Numbered from the stretch's first letter, positions 1-13,809 are shown. The stretch: DNA of 64,000 nucleotides from Macrostomum lignano (GCA_002269645.1 NIVC01000829.1:248001-312000), one strand, 5' to 3'. A program made the numbers and translations. The notes: generated from the letters alone by a model not told the origin.

Positions 1-404
1 AAATCATTTTATAATACTAGCTCAAAGTAGTCTACTCGGCACATAGTAAATTCAATAAATGTTTTAACTGTCAGGGCGGTAGGTTTATGAGGTGCAGGAA
101 AACCAGTCGATCAGCCTAAGCACCGCTCGTGTCAGTTTACTCCAGCAGCCAAGCGGACCCAAATTTGATTGCCGCTGTGCTCAGGCTGCAGGTCAAATAT
201 GTGCAGCATTTTTTTAGGCGCAAGGCTGAGTAGTAGTCAACTGATAAGCTGGTGAGGCTACATAATTGTATCCTCATTTTATGAAATATTAGTTTCATGC
301 TAGTCTAATAAGATGGTAGGGGAGCTGTCGAAACGTTTAATAAGTTCTGATATCTAGCATGGCTTGCTCGGAATGGCACAACTATGCACTGGCACAAAGA
401 TAGA

Positions 405-531
405 CATAAAGACAGTATACAGACACAGACAGACGGACAGACAGACATTAAGACAAACGGACAGACAGACGGACAGACAGACATTAAGACAAACGGACAG
501 ACAGACAGACAGACAGACATTAAGACAAACG

Positions 532-594
<63 letters not shown>

Positions 595-595
595 G

Positions 596-637
<42 letters not shown>

Positions 638-680
638 GAGACAGACAGATAGACAGACAGAAAGAAAGACAGACAAATAG
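405..680. repeat. (GACA)n microsatellite in Drosha intron 2
   Basis: Tandem GACA/GACG units. Confidence 0.95.
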
Positions 681-1049
681 ATATACAATACATATCACAT
701 AGGCTTTTGATCAATAAATGAAACAACAGAACAATTTACAAATCTAGGGTTCATTTGAAGGTCGAACCTTCCTGCATAAATGAGACAGGGAACTTCTTAA
801 TTGCAGTTGTTTTTACTCAGGCGCACTTTTCTGAACTTAAACTACAAAAATTTCACCCCTAAGACAATTCCCTACACAACAAAATCAAGCCTTGAAACTA
901 CAGTTGTCAAATCAGATCGAAAAGCCAGAGTGTGCATATGCGGACGTGTCTGAGCCACCCTGAGCAAGCCATAACAGATCTCAGACACTGCAAGAGTTGA
1001 AGGGAGAGAGACAGAGGAAACTTCTGCATCGAAGTACTATTATACGCAC

Positions 1050-4000
1050 CTTGAGCTTAGGATGCTGTGGCAACAGGTGCCGATCTCCGTCAGGATACTC
1101 CAGCTGGATGGGATGCGGCGGCGGTGTGCACCAGACCCGGAGACAGGACGGATCGCTGCCCCACATGACGTCAGCAAAGATGCGATTAGCCAGAGCTAAG
1201 CCGCCATCCAAATACACAGCGGCCATGAAGGCTTCGAATGCATCGGAATAAGCGTGCATAAAAGTGGAATCCAGATAGAAATCCATGCCGTGCGCGTACT
1301 GCAGGTAGCAGTGCAGCCCCAGCCGCCTAGCCAGCAAGGCCAGGTGGGCATTCATCACCAATGACTGACGAAATGCGTCAAGATGACCTTCGCTAACCTC
1401 CGGCAAGATATAGAACAGGTGAGTAGTAACGATGAGTTCAACAACCGCGTCGCCAAGATACTCGAGTCGATCGTTGCCAAATATTGGCGATTTCTTCTCT
1501 AAAATACTTGGCAGCATGGACATGACGTTGACTGTGTAAGCTAAGCCGTGCTTTCTTGTTGCCTGGCGGATTTCTCGAACTTCGCCGTATTCTAACAGCC
1601 GGGGACCGCAATTCAGCATGCTGTTGAGCACGTGATCAGAGTTCAAGCCAAGAGTGGAACGAATCGATGACGGATGAGTCATGGCCTGATGGAACAGCGA
1701 TTTGTCCTTGAAGACGTAGCCAATGCGACTCTCTAAGGCTGAGATGCTTCGGTGAAGTCGACAGAAAGACAGAAAGTGCGGCAGCAACAAGGCGAACTGA
1801 GTCACATCCGGTCTGAGACCTGTGCGCCGGAAGCCTTCAGCGCTCATCTCTACCGTCACCTCGCGCCGCTTATCTGGCGCCTCTTCAACAACGCGCATTT
1901 TTTCGCGCAAATGCTGCAGCTTCTCTCTTTGCTCAGCGCCAACCCGTGGATTAAACACGATCATGTACTGTTCGCGAAAGTAGGACTTCAGCGTGCGCCG
2001 GTAAGTGTTTTCGGCTTGCCAACCGAATTTAAGCGGCACCTGGGTGATATGAATCACATACGGATAGGTTGGCTTGTCCCGACCGTCTGATGAAGCTGCA
2101 GAAGCGGCTGCTGAGCATCTGTCAACTTGATCCACTCGAATAGTTGACGGCTTCTTACCTGGATAGGTGATTAACTGGCCGCGCCACTGATCAATAAAAT
2201 TGCGCCACTCCTCTTTTGACATTCGAAGAACGCTATCCAAACAGTCTGGCTCAATTAATAAGCCGCTATTGTCCAGCAGGTGCTGCAGAATCGCCCAGGC
2301 TGGCAACAGCTCCAAAGCGCCGTCGTGTCCGCGACGAGAGAATCTTGGATAAAGGTGAAAACACCGACAAGACGTGGCCTCATCAGCACCCGAAGGATAG
2401 AGAGTCTCGTCAAGCAGTTCCAACAATTCGTACATGACAAAGTCGCTTAACAAATCTAGCGAACGGACGGTGAAATTTGGCGGCAGAGGTTCCGGCACCA
2501 AGTGCACCTTGTAGAATATGTTGTAGCGATGGAATTTGCACGGTGGCAAATCGTCAAGTTTATAGTGGCTCAATAAGCCGAAACCTTCGAATTCGTATTT
2601 GAGATTTTTGTACATTATAACCGAAGGCTGCTTAGCGGAATAATTTGTGTTTGGCAGGACGCAGATTCGATAGTGATGAAGCTTGTTGGGATTGTTGCTA
2701 TGCGGGTCGCATTTGGGAATGGCCGACTCGCCTTCGTATTTGCAGTGCGATGGGCCGACCTGCGGGTGGAATGGGGTCTTGTTGAGTTTTCCTTGTAAGT
2801 ACACTCAGAGATTAGAAGAGTTGCATGGCATAAACTCACTGGTGAATTGGTGAATCATTGGTGAGTTGGTAAATTGGTGAATAATTAGTGAGTTGTTGAA
2901 TCATTAGTGAGTTAGTGAACCGGTGAATCATTGGTGAGTTGGTGAATCGGTGAATCATTAATGAGTTGGTGAATCGGTGAATAATTGGTGAGTTGGAGAA
3001 TCGGTGAATCATTAATGAGTTGGTGAATCGGTGAATAATTGGTGAGTTGGAGAATCGGTGAATCATTAATGAGTTGGTGAATCGGTGAATAATTGGTGAG
3101 TTGGAGAATCGGTGAATCATTAATGAGTTGGTGAATCGGTGAATAATTGGTGAGTTGGAGAATCGGTGAATCATTAATGAGTTGGTGAATCGGTGAATAA
3201 TTGGTGAGTTGGTGAATCGGTGAATCATTGGTGAGCTGGTAAATCGGTGAATAATTTGTGAGTTGAAGAATCGGTGAATAATTGGTGAGTTGAAGAATCG
3301 GTGAATCATTGGTGAGTTGGAGAATCGGTGAGTTATTGGTGAGTTGGTAAATTAGTGAATCATTGGTGAGCTGGTAAATCGGTGAATAATTGGTGAGTTG
3401 AAGAATCGGTGAATCATTGGTGAGTTGGTGAATCATTAGTGAATCGGTGAATCATTAATGAGTTGGAGAATCGGTGAATCATTGGTGAGTTGTTAAATAG
3501 GTGAATCATTGGTGAGTTGGTAAATTGGTGAATCATTGGTGAACTGGTAAATCGGTGAATCATTGGTGAGCTGGTAAATTGGTGAATCATTGGTGAGCTG
3601 GTAAATCGGTGAATCATTGGTGAGCTGGTAAATCGGTGAATAATTTGTGAGTTGAAGAATCGGTGAATAATTGGTGAGTTGAAGAATCGGTGAATCATTG
3701 GTGAGTTGGAGAATCGGTGAGTCATTGGTGAGTTGGTAAATTAGTGAATCATTGGTGAGCTGGTAAATCGGTGAATAATTGGTGAGTTGAAGAATCGGTG
3801 AATCATTGGTGAGTTGGTGAATCATTAGTGAATCGGTGAATCATTAATGAGTTGGAGAATCGGTGAATCATTGGTGAGTTGGTAAACCGATGAATAATTG
3901 GTGAGTTGTTGAATCATTAGTGAATCGGTGAATAATTGGTGAGTTGGGGAACAATTGGTGAATGAGTTTAAACGACCCACTCACTAGAAACGAAAACGAT

Positions 4001-5661
4001 TTTAGTGATAAATTCAAGAACTGCAGAAAGCAAAAAGTTGTCAGATCCTGCAGTAGTTGTAACCCACAGAAGAGACCAACCTGATACTCCGGTTTGCAGT
4101 AGCACCTGGGCCCATCATTCAATTCGCCAGGCTCATTATACCACAGGTGCGGATTGAGCTTCTGCGGATGTCGCATCTTGTGCTCAACCTCTTGTTGTTG
4201 GCACAGAGTACGAATTGTAATCTTGCGCACCGCCGTCTCCATTTCGCGTCGCTGCGCTTCGGACATGCCATCGACATTCAGACCGGACAGTCGGTCGACT
4301 CTGCCTTTGGCTTTCAAATCGTCGTACTGCTTCTTGGCCCGGTGACGCTGGCGGACCAGCTTGAACCGAGCTCGGTGCTGACGGACAGCCTCGGATTCGA
4401 CAATTTCGCCGTCAGATAATGACGACTCCGAGTCGGCTTCGACCGCGTCGACAGCGTCGGTGGAAGCGGCAGCTGCTGCAGCGACTGCGGCGTCTTCTGC
4501 AGCGGCGTTTCGAACCAGCGGACGCCATCGAGGCTGACCGACCAGAGCGCGTTCGCGACGCTTCATAATTTCTTCCATGAATTCGTCTTCTAAAGCTATT
4601 AGCGACGGCTTAGCAACCAGTAAATTAGCGTTGATCTTGGCGTAACGGTAATCGATTGGACCAGAAATCACCTTGGCCTCCGGTTGCGGCACAGACAGCT
4701 CCGGATTAGTTCGCTCCCGCTCCTCTGCTAATTCTTTTTTCACGTTGGGATCGGCAAAGTAGGGATTTCGGAAGCTGCCAGGCCGGCCGCTAGCAGTTGA
4801 TTTTGATGAAGAGCAAGAAGCAGAAGCAGACGATTGCAGATAAGACGATTGAGGCGAAAAAAGTTTTGCAGCCGAAGAAGACTCGGCAGCAGAGGATGCG
4901 GAGGAGCCACAGCCGTACTTCGATTCGAATTCAGCGGCATTCCATTTTAAACTAGCGCGAGGCTTCAAGCCCATCAGAGGCACGGGGCCGGAGTCTTGGT
5001 GGCAGGTTGAAGATGCCGACGGCGGAGGTGGCGGCGGCGGGGGCGGCGGAGGCGGCGGCGGAGGCGGCACGGGGAAGCTCAAGTTCGGCCCAGCGGGGGG
5101 CGCGTAGCTAGCATAGGGATAGGAAGATGTGCTCGAATACGCAGGCGGATGTGTAGGCGGATGCGTAGGCGGATGCGTAGGCGGATGCGTAGGCGGATGT
5201 ACAGGCGGATGCGTAGGCGGATGCGTAGGCGGATGCGTAGGCGGATGCGTAGGCGGATGCGTAGGCGGATGCGTAGGCTGATGTGTAGGCGGATGTACAG
5301 GCGGATGCATAGGCGGATGCGTAGGCGGATGCGTAGGCGGATGCGCAGGATTTAGCCACATTGAAGCCAACTGCTGTTGAGGATTTTGCATACTACGCAG
5401 AGAATGATAAGCGGCGGACAACTCGTGCAGCATGTAGGACATCATTGATGGCAATTGAGGCATGCCGTTAGTTAAAGGAGGCTGCTGTTGCTGCTGTTGG
5501 TCTAGCGGAGTACCGCTTGCTTGAGACTCAGAGGGTTGTTGCTGAGGTGGCGGTACCTGTTGTTGTTGCTGCTGCTGCTGCTGCTGTTGCTGCTGCGCGG
5601 AGGCCCAAGCGGCCCAAGCAGCCGCCGAAGGATCGGGTGGCGCATCTCCCGTGCCGTTCAT
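1050..5661 (-). CDS. DROSHA: Drosha (class 2 RNase III), 5' part; exons 5661-4081 and 2759-1050; RIIIDb and dsRBD must lie beyond the left edge
   Basis: Pro-rich N-terminus, central-domain motifs WYNEPGELNDGPRCYC and HHYRICV, RIIIDa signature NDRLEYLGDAVVELI and SDAFEAFMAAVYLDGG. Phase-0 intron 4080-2760 (CAG|GTTGGT...CCGCAG|GTC) joins the two long ORFs; donor AAG|GTGCGT at 1049. Confidence 0.95.
2838..3960. repeat. ~27-bp minisatellite filling Drosha intron 1
   Basis: GGTGAATCATTGGTGAGTTGGAGAATC-type units. Confidence 0.9.
5145..5345 (-). repeat. Coding 12-bp minisatellite encoding (HPPT)n in the Drosha Pro-rich domain
   Basis: Tandem GTAGGCGGATGC on + within the open frame. Confidence 0.9.
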
Positions 5662-5799
5662 GCTGTAAAGAAATAATTTTAAAGAACTATAATTAGCGCA
5701 ATTAGTTTTTATTTAGATAATTAGCTTTGTGACTTATTTGATAATTGTAGGCAATTTGGCCTACTTCGACGACTCTTGGATTTCTAATCGTCAGGCATT

Positions 5800-6385
5800 T
5801 ACACTATATTCCACTATGTACACTCTGTGCCACTATGTACACTATATTCCACTATGTACACTCTGTGCCACTATGTACACTATATTCCACTATGTACACT
5901 CTGTGCCACTATGTACACTAACACTATGTACACTCTGTGCCACTATGTACACTATATTACACTATGTACACTCTATGTGCCAGAGTGTACACTCTGTGTG
6001 CTACTATGTACACTTTATGTGCCACTATGTACACTTTATGTGCCAGTATGTACACTCTGTGTGCTACTATGTACACTTATGTGCCACTATGTACACTCTA
6101 TGTGCCAGTATGTACACTTTATGTGCCAGTATGTACACTCTGGAAGTAGACAGAGTAGACGGAGAAGTAGACAGAGAAATAGACAGAGAAAATGTGCCAG
6201 TATGTACACTCTGGAAGTAGACAGAGTAGACGGAGAAGTAGACAGAGAAATAGACAGAGAAAATGTGCCAGTATGTACACTCTATGTGCCAGTACGTACA
6301 CTCTATGTGCCAGTACGTACACTCTATGTGCCAGTATGTACACTCCGTGTGCCACTATGTACACTCCGTGTGCCACTATGCACAC
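5800..6385. repeat. ~19-21-bp minisatellite upstream of Drosha
   Basis: CACTATGTACACTCTGTGC units. Confidence 0.9.
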
Positions 6386-7324
6386 TCATATTAATGGCTA
6401 AGCTGCTAAACGAGAAAAATAGAAGAAACAACAAGTAATTATATTGCGGCAAGTGATGCTGCTGCTTTTAAAAAAATGGGGCCAATTTTATTCACGCCTT
6501 AATGCCAGCTACTACGAAAAAAGCTCAACGAAATTTACGCAATGAATAAATACTACTTATAAGTATTATTTAGTATATGCGTAAATAATGCATAGACTAA
6601 ATTGCTTTACACAAAGTACTGCTCTGCAGAGTAGGTTTTTTGTAACCACTTTTTGAAAATTTGTGACACAGAAAAAACACTATAAATATACTACTTACAC
6701 AGGTATCAGTAGTAATGATGTTAATGTACAAATGGTTGTATAATTATTTAGATGATAGAAAAAAATAATAATAAAACATTGGGACGGATTAGACAAATTA
6801 ATTGAGAATGAAAAGCAATTATTTGATTAGAAAACACTGCGTCTACTTAAAGTAATTTAATTAGCAAATTCGATTTATAAGTTTTTATTTATTTAACAGC
6901 CTATCCGAGCGGTAAAAGTTTAAAATAAAAAATATGAAAAACACGCATTGGAATGATCAATTGATAAAATTAGCGGTTGGCAATGTACACAAATTAGCGG
7001 TTGCAGGGAAAAGGCTAAAATCTCAGGCAGAAAAGGTGCTTGGAACTCGCCAATTGTGTGTTTGTACCGGGGACAAAAATAGTAGAAAACATTACGAGTA
7101 TTTAAATGATAAATAAATGAATAAATAAACAAATATACAAATATTTTCCTGCTTTGTTTTTTTATTGGACGCAAATATATTGTGCTTTTGAAACAAACGA
7201 AAATGTTTAGTGAAGGCTTTTGCTACGTCAGAAGCTTAATTACCTTAGTGTTGATAGACAGTAGGCTTAGATCAAGGTATGGAAGGGTATGGAATAAATC
7301 GTTGAGACGTTAACGTTGAGGTGA

Positions 7325-7850
7325 AGACACTAAGGATTCAAGGTCATCAGGCAATAACGTTTCAAGGTCATCAGACACAAACATTTTAAGGTCGTCAGAC
7401 ACTAAATTTTTGAGGTCATCAGACAATAACATTTCAAGGTCATTAGACAATAATGTTTCAAGGTCATAAGAAAATAACGTTTTAAGGTCATCCGACACTA
7501 ACTTTCAAGGTCATAGGAAATGGAAGTTTTAAGGTCATCAGACACTAACATTTCAATTTCAAGGTCATCAGGCAATAACGTTTCAACGTCATCAGACACG
7601 AACATTTTTAAGGTCTTCAGACACTAACATTTCAAGTTCATCAGACACGAACGTTTCAAGGTCATCGATTGAATAACGCTCCAAGGTCATGAGACTTTTA
7701 AGGTCATAGGAAATGAAGTTTCAAGGTCATCAGACACAAACTTTCAAGGCCATAGGAAATGACGTTTCAAGGTCACCAGACACTAACTTTCAAGGTCAAA
7801 GGAAGTGACGTTTCAAGGTCATCAGAAACCAACTTTTAAAGTTCATCGGA
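7325..7850. repeat. Degenerate ~23-bp minisatellite
   Basis: TTTCAAGGTCATCAGACACTAAC units. Confidence 0.85.
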
Positions 7851-8009
7851 TACCAAAGATTACGTCACCAAGACACAAAAATTGAGGCTCTTGGAACACA
7901 ACGGACTTGGAAAAAATTCATAATGGACAGAAAATATTTAGAAATTTAAAGACACTTTCCTAGACCAGCTAAGCAAAGTATTTCATTACAAAAATTGTTC
8001 ACAAAGACA

Positions 8010-11000
8010 CTACTCGTCGCCACGAGCTGCTCTAGCAACTGCAGCCAAAAATTCCGCGGAAAATCCGCCGTCAGCCTCAGCAGGCTCAGCCGGCAGTCGC
8101 GGCTCCGACACCAGCCAGAAGCTGCCAGAGGCCGATGCTGAAATCGCATCGTCGGGAGTCGACAAATCGACAAGACACGGGCGTCGACATGCGCTAGCCA
8201 GGAAGCGTCGGACGGCGCCGGGATCCCGCAGCGCCGCCTCGGTGACGCCGGCCCGTCGGACCAAATCCGGCCAGGCCCGGCCGGGCAGACAGGCCGAACG
8301 AAGCGCCGATTTCAAATCGCTAGCATTCGGCCGACTGTCCGGAGATCCCCACAGTCTGGACAGGAGGTCGGACAGAATGGCCGGACAACCAGACGGCAGC
8401 TCGAGGGTGGCTCCGGACTTCTTGGCCGTGATGATAGAATAGGCGGTCTGGCCGGAGTAGGGCTGCCTGCCCGACAGCAGCTCCCATAGCAGGACGCCGG
8501 CGCTGTACAGATCGGCTGGCGGGCCGAACTCGGCCGCGGTGAGCAGCTCCGGCGCCATCCAGGCCAGGTGCGCCCAGGCCGCCGAGGCGTTGCCAGCCTC
8601 GCGAGCCAATTGGCCAGCCTGATGACGGAGCTTGGATAGGCCGAGATCGGAGATCTGCGGTTTGTAATAGTTAGGACTTTATCAGGTAAACAAGGGGAGT
8701 AACTATCACTTCTTTAGACACGTGAACTGCCTCGTCATCTAATTATAAAACCTGGGTAAACAGCGGGAGTAACTATGACTTGTTCAGACTGCCTCGTAAT
8801 CTAATTAGATAAATCGCAAGTGACACTTAAAATTAATTAAAACATAAACTACCTGGCCACGAAGTCTGGCATCGAGCAGTACATTCCTGCTGCACAGCCG
8901 CATGTGCAGTAGTGGCGGTCGTTGCGAGTGCAGAAACTCCAACGCATCGGCCAGATCTTGGCCTAAGCAATAAAACAGGGCATGGTCGACTTTACTGCCA
9001 GCCTGCAGGTAATCCGACAAGCTTCGTCTGGGAGCTAATTCGCAGAATAGCAACGGGTATCGGCCGCGCAAACAGTAGCCAAGCACCCGGCTAAGTCTGG
9101 GGTGCCGGAGGCCGCACAGGAAGTTGGCCTCGGCGGCTAGATAGGACCGGTCTTCGTCTGAGCTCAGCTTCAATTTCAAACGCTTCACGGCGACAACTTC
9201 GCCATCTAGACGGCCGCGATGCACCGCCGTCAGGGTGCCCTCGCCGATGAGCTCTTTCTCGTTGAATTTGTACGATCCGGCTGCCACAGTCCAGCTGGTG
9301 CGTCTTTGAGCAGCTGCCGAGGCGGCATCCGATGAAGAACTGGCAGCTGGGCCGCTGAGGTAAAGTTGGGGTTTTTGGAGAGCGAGCGCGCCAATACTGT
9401 ACACAGCAAACAAGCTCATACTCATACACACGCTCACACAGGGTGCACAGCCGCCCTGACTTTCTCAAATCATCAGACATGTACTCTCTCTGTGCCTTGA
9501 TGATCCGCGCACAAGCTTAAATTAACGTGGTCACTACCCATAGCCCATTGAAGCATCCACTTTAGACATCCACTACATTATTGTAGTGCCCAAAACCCCA
9601 GGTAGCAGCATAATGACAACTTCCAAAAGCCATCAAGTTTCTTATAAAGCCATGCTTACCCATTGCCGCTATGCAATTGAAAGCCAACAGCCTTAGCCGT
9701 GACACTTTGCGACACGCGTACTTCTTCTTTCTGCGGCGGAGATTGCTGCTTTTGCGACTGATGCTGCGGCTGTTGCTGCTGCTGCCGATGCGAGGCTACA
9801 CGATTTTGCAGTTGACGCAGTTGCTTTTGAAACGTTTCAACGGAGTCCAACAGCATATTAGGACTAACCCCGGCCGCGGCAGATAAACTACCAGACGAAG
9901 CTGCTTGACCCGAGCCGCCGTTATCGTTCAACAGTTCGCTTATTTTTCTTTCAATTTCGCTAATCTCACTGCGAAATGCCGACACAGAAGTGTCCTCAGT
10001 TGTTGAACCCTTTGAATGCGAGTTCGAATTGGATTTTGACACAGCCGCTGCCTGCTTGGCGGGCACATCTTTGCGAGGCGTACGCGGTGTGGTCGATGGT
10101 GTCGGCGCATTTGGCCGGCGATGCCTGAGAATGTCGTCGCGACGCTGACGCCATTCGTTGTGCTGGCGACGTTCTTCGAGTAGTTGCTCTTTCTCGCGCA
10201 GATCTTTCTGTTTCACTTTCTGAGCAGCTTTGGCTATGTCGCGCTCCGCTTGGGAGACCAACTGTTTATTGTTTATTAGAGGATGATGATTGGATGTTGG
10301 CGAAGTTACTGGATGAGATGATTGAGCAGGCTTCTTTGCAGAGATTGCAGGCTTTGATGAAGCCGGTTGATGATGCTGTTGTTGTTGTTGTTGTTTCTGC
10401 TTTTGCTGCTGTTTAGCATCAAGCCTACCCCTGGCTCCACCGGGAATCCAGGGTTGAGGCGACGCCGCGACCTGCTGTTGTTGCTGTTGCTTTTGTTTCA
10501 ATTGTTTCTGCTTCTGTTGACGCTCCACCACTTTGGCCATGTGCAGGTGCAAGGGCGGTACACCTTCAGGTCGGTGCCTAGCAGATGCCATAGCCTGCTG
10601 AGGAGCAGAAGCTGGCCGTTTCCGATTTCTCTGGCTATTCAACTCGCGAATTGAATGCAACATCTTAGTCATCGGACCAATAGCTGTAACACCAAGCTTA
10701 CGCAATTGACCCTCGGTATTAAGCAACAACAGACTCTCCATATCGATTTCGTGACGCTCAAACAGAGCGGCATATTTGTCTGGATTTCGGAGACTTAAAC
10801 TATTCAGCCAGCGATGCACGTCTGGGTCCAGCTGACGCACCGAATAGGTCGACGCGTCAACTGTAGCGGTGCAGTCTGGCACAGCGGTCGGAGCAGACGG
10901 TTTATTATGCGATCGCGTTGAACCAGACGTTAACTGACGCTGCTTCGGGTCCTTTGATTTCTCTCTAGACGGTTTGAAAGTTGAAGAATCAGAAGCAACA

Positions 11001-11947
11001 GCAGCAGCAGCGGCAGCAGTTGTTGATGGTGAAGACACTGGTCGAAAAGTTAAAGCATCCGATACCATCGTTTTAATGTTCTCCATGTACTTGTTGATGA
11101 AATACTGCGGTTGCTGTTGTTGTTGCTGCTGCTGCTGTTGCACAGAAGGTGACGAATAAGAAGCCTTTGGACTTCTTGTCGTCCCAGACGAAGCAAAAGT
11201 AGCAGCAGCCGCAGTAACAGCAGCAGCCTGGGCCGTTGATCGTTCAACAAAATCTTCTTCTAAACTGTTAAACTTTGCCTGACTTAAATAGCGTTTTGTC
11301 TCTTCGGATAAATAGTCGTACACAGAAATTTGTTGTTTCTGCTGAGCTGGAGAAGCCTGAGCAGGTGGCGGAGGCGGTGGCGGCGGTGGTTGAGGATGCT
11401 CCGGAGACACAACCGAGCCGTTTCCAACGCGCTGTCCCTGGTAACCAGTGGTACTGAACGTGCGCCAATTATCATAACTGGAGCTGCCGTTGTGAACTCC
11501 AACAGTAAGCGGTTTGGCGGCATCGCCAGCTCTGAGATTATATTTCTCTAGCAGACGATTCAAGCTTTCGTCAGTAGGCAAGCCGTTGGCGCTATGATCA
11601 GACTTCGATATGTCGGAAACATCTGAGCCGCTATTATTGCCAAAGTCGTCCTGCAGCCGCTGCTGTCTATGATTGCTATTTGGTTCGTCAAATTCAACGC
11701 TAGACGATTCTAAGTCATCATCTTTGTAAGCTTGAGCTTGAGCTCTTTGTTGATGCTGCTGCTGCAGCTGTTCATCTGAAAACTGATTAGCTAATCTACG
11801 GCTCAAGTCAGTACCGGACATGGCCAAGGCGGATGTTGTGGGATCAAGAGGAGGAGGAGGCAGAGGAGGCTGTTGCCTTGGCGATGGAAGATGAAGCTCA
11901 GCTGCCGGGTCTTCGCGAGCGTAATTATCCGGATGCTCTTGGTCCAT
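8010..11947 (-). CDS. SAM-domain + TKL-type pseudokinase protein, ~1144 aa; exons 11947-9660, 9354-8853, 8654-8010
   Basis: ORF 9656-12004 ends on a GG|GTAAGC donor (its TAA is intronic). Phase 2 matches acceptor CTCAG|C at 9354, and CAG|GTAGTT...CCGCAG|ATC joins GQ to ISDLG. SAM at ~10820-10640 (VHRWLNSL...LRKLGV...KMLHSIREL). Kinase motifs GEGTLT, VAVK, HMRLCSRN, DLG, MAPE, DLYSAG. Confidence 0.85.
8682..8808 (+). other. Two tandem degenerate 28S rRNA-derived fragments (H69-H71) inside intron 2 of the SAM-pseudokinase gene
   Basis: GGTAAACAAGGGGAGTAACTATCAC...TGCCTCGTCATCTAATTA and GGGTAAACAGCGGGAGTAACTATGAC...TGCCTCGTAATCTAATTAG, compared with conserved LSU GGGTAAACGGCGGGAGTAACTATGACTCTCTTAAGGTAGCCAAATGCCTCGTCATCTAATTAG. 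Confidence 0.85.
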
Positions 11948-13261
11948 ACGGCGATAGAATTTGTTTTGGTGCCTGTAATGCGTCAACGCAATTTGAATTA
12001 TCATACACGCTCGTGAAGGTCAATTGGTGAATGGGGAGGTTTTATAGGGGATAAATTGAAAGGAATTATGGTGAGAAGGTGAGAAATCTAGACAAAGAAA
12101 GCGAATAACGAACACGTAACTAGAGGACATGCGAATTGGTCAAATGTGAAAGTTCAACGAAGAGGGAATTCGAATTTTTTATCTATATTATTAACTTCTA
12201 ATCAAGTTTTACTATTGAATTTATAATTTAATTTTTGTTTAACAAAAAGAAATACTGGATTACTATCCTATCAAGGATAATAAAAATATAAAAATCTAAA
12301 TTAATTTAGTTGACAATATATATCAATATATAGCTCGTATCGTATATGCAATATGTATATCTAAATTCAATAATATAACTTTTAACTGAGCATTGAATTC
12401 ATTGTCAGTCCAGACACAGACAAGCTGGAAGGAACCTGATTATAACAAAAAACTGTTTTGGCGCAATAAGAAAGCCTCTTAATAAAAATTGATCGATTAG
12501 ATGAACTTTGACATGAAAACTTAGAAAAATCAATGGAATAACTTTGGTGAGTTAAGACACAGTAAACAGTCTACAAACAAGACAAGCTAAGTTATAATAT
12601 TATATCAGTATATGACAGGCTTTTTACGAAGATTTGATGAGCACCAATTAATAAGTATTTCTTTCACATATTTTATAATAAATTATTTTAACAAAACAAA
12701 TATTTATAATAAATTATGGCTACAATGAGATTTCATATCAATATGATTTCGATAAACCGTTTACACAGTTGCAGTAGGTGAATATTGATCTCTAATTGGA
12801 AGTCTTTATATAAAAATTGCTAAAAAAATGTTACTCAACTACTCATAAGTAGCAAAATAAAAATAAAGTAACACGTGCGGAAAAAAGTAAAAAAAAATGA
12901 GTGCAACTAGCAAAATAAGGAATAGCAGTTTGAGAATAAAACAAAATAATTGAAGAACATCATAAATCAAAATTGATTTGGAATGGCGGTAGATGAAACG
13001 GCACAGTTTGACACAATGAGATTGACAAGCCATTTCGTTGCTTAAATAGACCAAGTGGACAGACAGAAGCAAGCAGACAGAACAACTAACAGGTACAGAC
13101 ACAGAGACAGATAGTAGAAAAATAAAAAAAACAGACAGTTCGACGCCAAGACAGTCAGGAAGAAACAAAAAGACTATGAGAACAGATGCATACGAGAAAA
13201 AAATCAAGCAAATTAACATTAATTAAGGCATAGATATATACAGGCAGGCAGATAGAAAGAC

Positions 13262-13269
13262 AGTCAGGC

Positions 13270-13338
<69 letters not shown>

Positions 13339-13377
13339 CTAAGACAGACACTAAGACAGACACTAAGACAGACACTA

Positions 13378-13438
<61 letters not shown>

Positions 13439-13493
13439 GTCAGACAGACAGACAGACAGTCAGACAGACAGACAGACAGACAGACAGACAGTC

Positions 13494-13542
<49 letters not shown>

Positions 13543-13613
13543 GTCAGACAGACAGACAGACAGTCAGACAGACAGACAGACAGTCAGACAGACAGACAGT
13601 CAGACAGACAGTC

Positions 13614-13678
<65 letters not shown>

Positions 13679-13717
13679 CTAAGACAGACACTAAGACAGA
13701 CACTAAGACAGACACTA

Positions 13718-13792
<75 letters not shown>

Positions 13793-13809
13793 AAGACAGA
13801 CAGTCAGTC

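Noticed and set aside
146-156. GCAGCCAAGCG match to LSU rRNA (also at ~43387)
   Set aside because: 11-mer matches to rRNA are expected many times by chance in 64 kb, and these do not extend.
5663-8014. In-frame splice fusion of the pseudokinase (GA|GTAGTG) to the Drosha acceptor (|C ATG)
   Set aside because: The donor is weak with no exonic AG, and a phase match has a 1-in-3 chance.
12839-13219. 126-aa hydrophobic ORF
   Set aside because: It is low-complexity T-rich and TGTC-rich sequence downstream of PGAM5-A, most likely UTR or spacer.
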